A DNA stretch of 64,000 bases from the NCBI GenBank assembly GCA_951406725.2, contig OX597827.1:34596001-34660000 (forward strand), written 5' to 3'. A model generated the notes under the pieces. The model was not told the origin of the DNA, searched no databases, and worked only from the letters and a program-made list of their open reading frames with translations. Positions 62,408 through 64,000 of the stretch are shown here, one piece after another (position 1 is the stretch's first letter; every line of letters starts with the position of its first letter). Made by a program: the position numbers and the translations under genes. Origin of the DNA: Octopus vulgaris. Its lineage: Eukaryota.

Positions 62408-63678
62408 TATCAGGTCATTAAGAATGAAATGTCCAATTTTGAACTGAAAGTTTATTTTAATTTTATCTTGACAAAAAGCAAAGCAGTTAATCAAAGTATG
62501 CACCTAAATTATCAACACAATTTTGCCATTTTATCAGTAGCTTATTTATGCCAGCAGCAAAGAATTCTGGAGAGCAAGAGGTGATGAAATTACGAAAGGC
62601 TGTTTTTGCATCTTCTCCAGATTTGAAGTTTTTTCCTTGCAAAAAGTTGTCTAATGCTTGGAAAACATGATAGTCAGTTGGTGCAAGGTCTGGTGAATAT
62701 GGTGGATGACAGTATTTTCAAGTTTAGTTCCTGTAACTTGAGTAACGTTCTTTGCGCAACGTGGTTGAGCATTGTCTTGCCTGTCTCTATTGACCAATCT
62801 CAGTTGCTTAATTACAAGTTCACTGATCATTTCATCCAATTGGTTGATGTATACATCCACTGTAATTGATTTACCAGGTCTCATGAAGCTGTAGTGGATG
62901 ACACCAGTACTGGACCACCAAACAGACACCATTAGCTTTTTTTGGTGAATATTATTTTTTGGATTGTTTTGGCACTTGTCTGTAGCCAACCACCATGCAG
63001 AACACTTGCTATTGTTGAAAATAATCCATTTTTCATTATATGTAACAATATGATGCAAAAATGGTTTGCTTTTATGTGGTGACAGCAAATAACAGCAAGT
63101 TTCAAGATGACATGTCATTTGATGCTCGTTCAGTTTATGTGGTACCCACTTGTCCAGCTTCTTTACCATGCCAATTTGTTTCAGATGGCCCAGTACAGTT
63201 GGAGTCGAAGCATTAAATTTTGCTGCTGACTCACATGTAGTTTGAAATGTATCCACTTCTACTACAGTTTCCAGCTCATCATTATCCACTTTGGTCTCAA
63301 TTCTACTACGGGGCTGATTTTCAAGAATAAGTCTTCAGACCGAAACTTCTCAAACCATCGACATACAGTGTGCTCATTCACTATATCCTCACCAAACACC
63401 TCATTGATGTTTTGAGCTGTCTGGGATGCACTGGTTCCATGACAGAACTCATATTCATAAACAACAGGAATTTTTTTATCTATCCACGGGTTCACAATAA
63501 TTGATTTACAAGAGAAAACTCACAATATAATCAGACACCATGAATAGCATTTTGCAAAGTGATGATGTAATTCTTCAATGTTGTAAAACAAAGAATTGTC
63601 TGGATAAAACATTAGAGTTAACAACTATCAAAGTTGGTGCATAAGAAAATTGGACATTTCATTCTTAATGATCTGATA
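62408..63678 (-). mobile_element. Decayed mariner transposon (second family)
   Basis: 33-bp TIRs tatcag(g/a)tcattaagaatgaaatgtccaatttt with one mismatch. Frameshifted transposase pieces with HTVCRWFEKF, KWVPHKL, KLMVSVWW and DNAQP. Confidence 0.93.
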
Positions 63679-64000
63679 GCTACTGTATTGAACAGGTCAA
63701 AAACTAGGAGATAGCAAATATGAAAAGCTTGCAACCTCTGCTTTATCAAACATGTCAACTTGAGCATAGGTGGAACTGATGAGAAGGGCTTGAGCTCTTA
63801 GAAACTTGTTGATTTTAGTTTTAAAAAGACATTTTAGATTACTTGTAAAACTAAACATTTTTAAAACTGATACAATGACTTGTTCTATATGCTGGTCTTT
63901 GTAAATGTTAAAATGCTAAGAAGAATACTTTTTCTTTCTGTTGTCCTTTTCATTAAATGAACTGTTATTCTGTTACTGAAAAACTTCCTGAAGCAGGAAG

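Overview
AT-rich, microsatellite-dense eukaryotic genomic DNA, most likely an octopus or other coleoid cephalopod (inferred from the SINE families, RTE LINEs and clustered C2H2 genes; not proven). The window has three intact C2H2 zinc-finger genes whose coding sequence appears to lie in one exon each: ZF1 (7177-9198, -, 12 fingers), ZF2 (34889-36244, -, 6 fingers as three A/B pairs) and ZF3 (57063-58043, +, 7 fingers). The rest is mostly mobile DNA: two decayed mariners with TIRs, a tail-to-tail pair of RTE-type LINEs, HERO-like, CR1-like, Tc1, hAT and LTR remnants, at least three tRNA-derived SINE families, several MITEs and long (TA)n tracts. Most short ORFs in the track are translations of microsatellites or antisense shadows. 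Main items for a second look: (1) several mutually unrelated ~170-310 bp foldback elements, three of them clustered and one split by a mariner inserted in its loop; (2) an inverted SINE dimer inside a single 13-bp target-site duplication; (3) a C4HC3 PHD-type finger inside the LINE reverse transcriptase; (4) very homogeneous recognition helices in all three zinc-finger proteins, predicting simple-repeat targets, possibly including the (TGA)n tails of local retroposons; (5) a decayed copy of ZF1's polyHis/polyGln coding segment just downstream of its stop. All alignments were made by eye and repeat boundaries are approximate.
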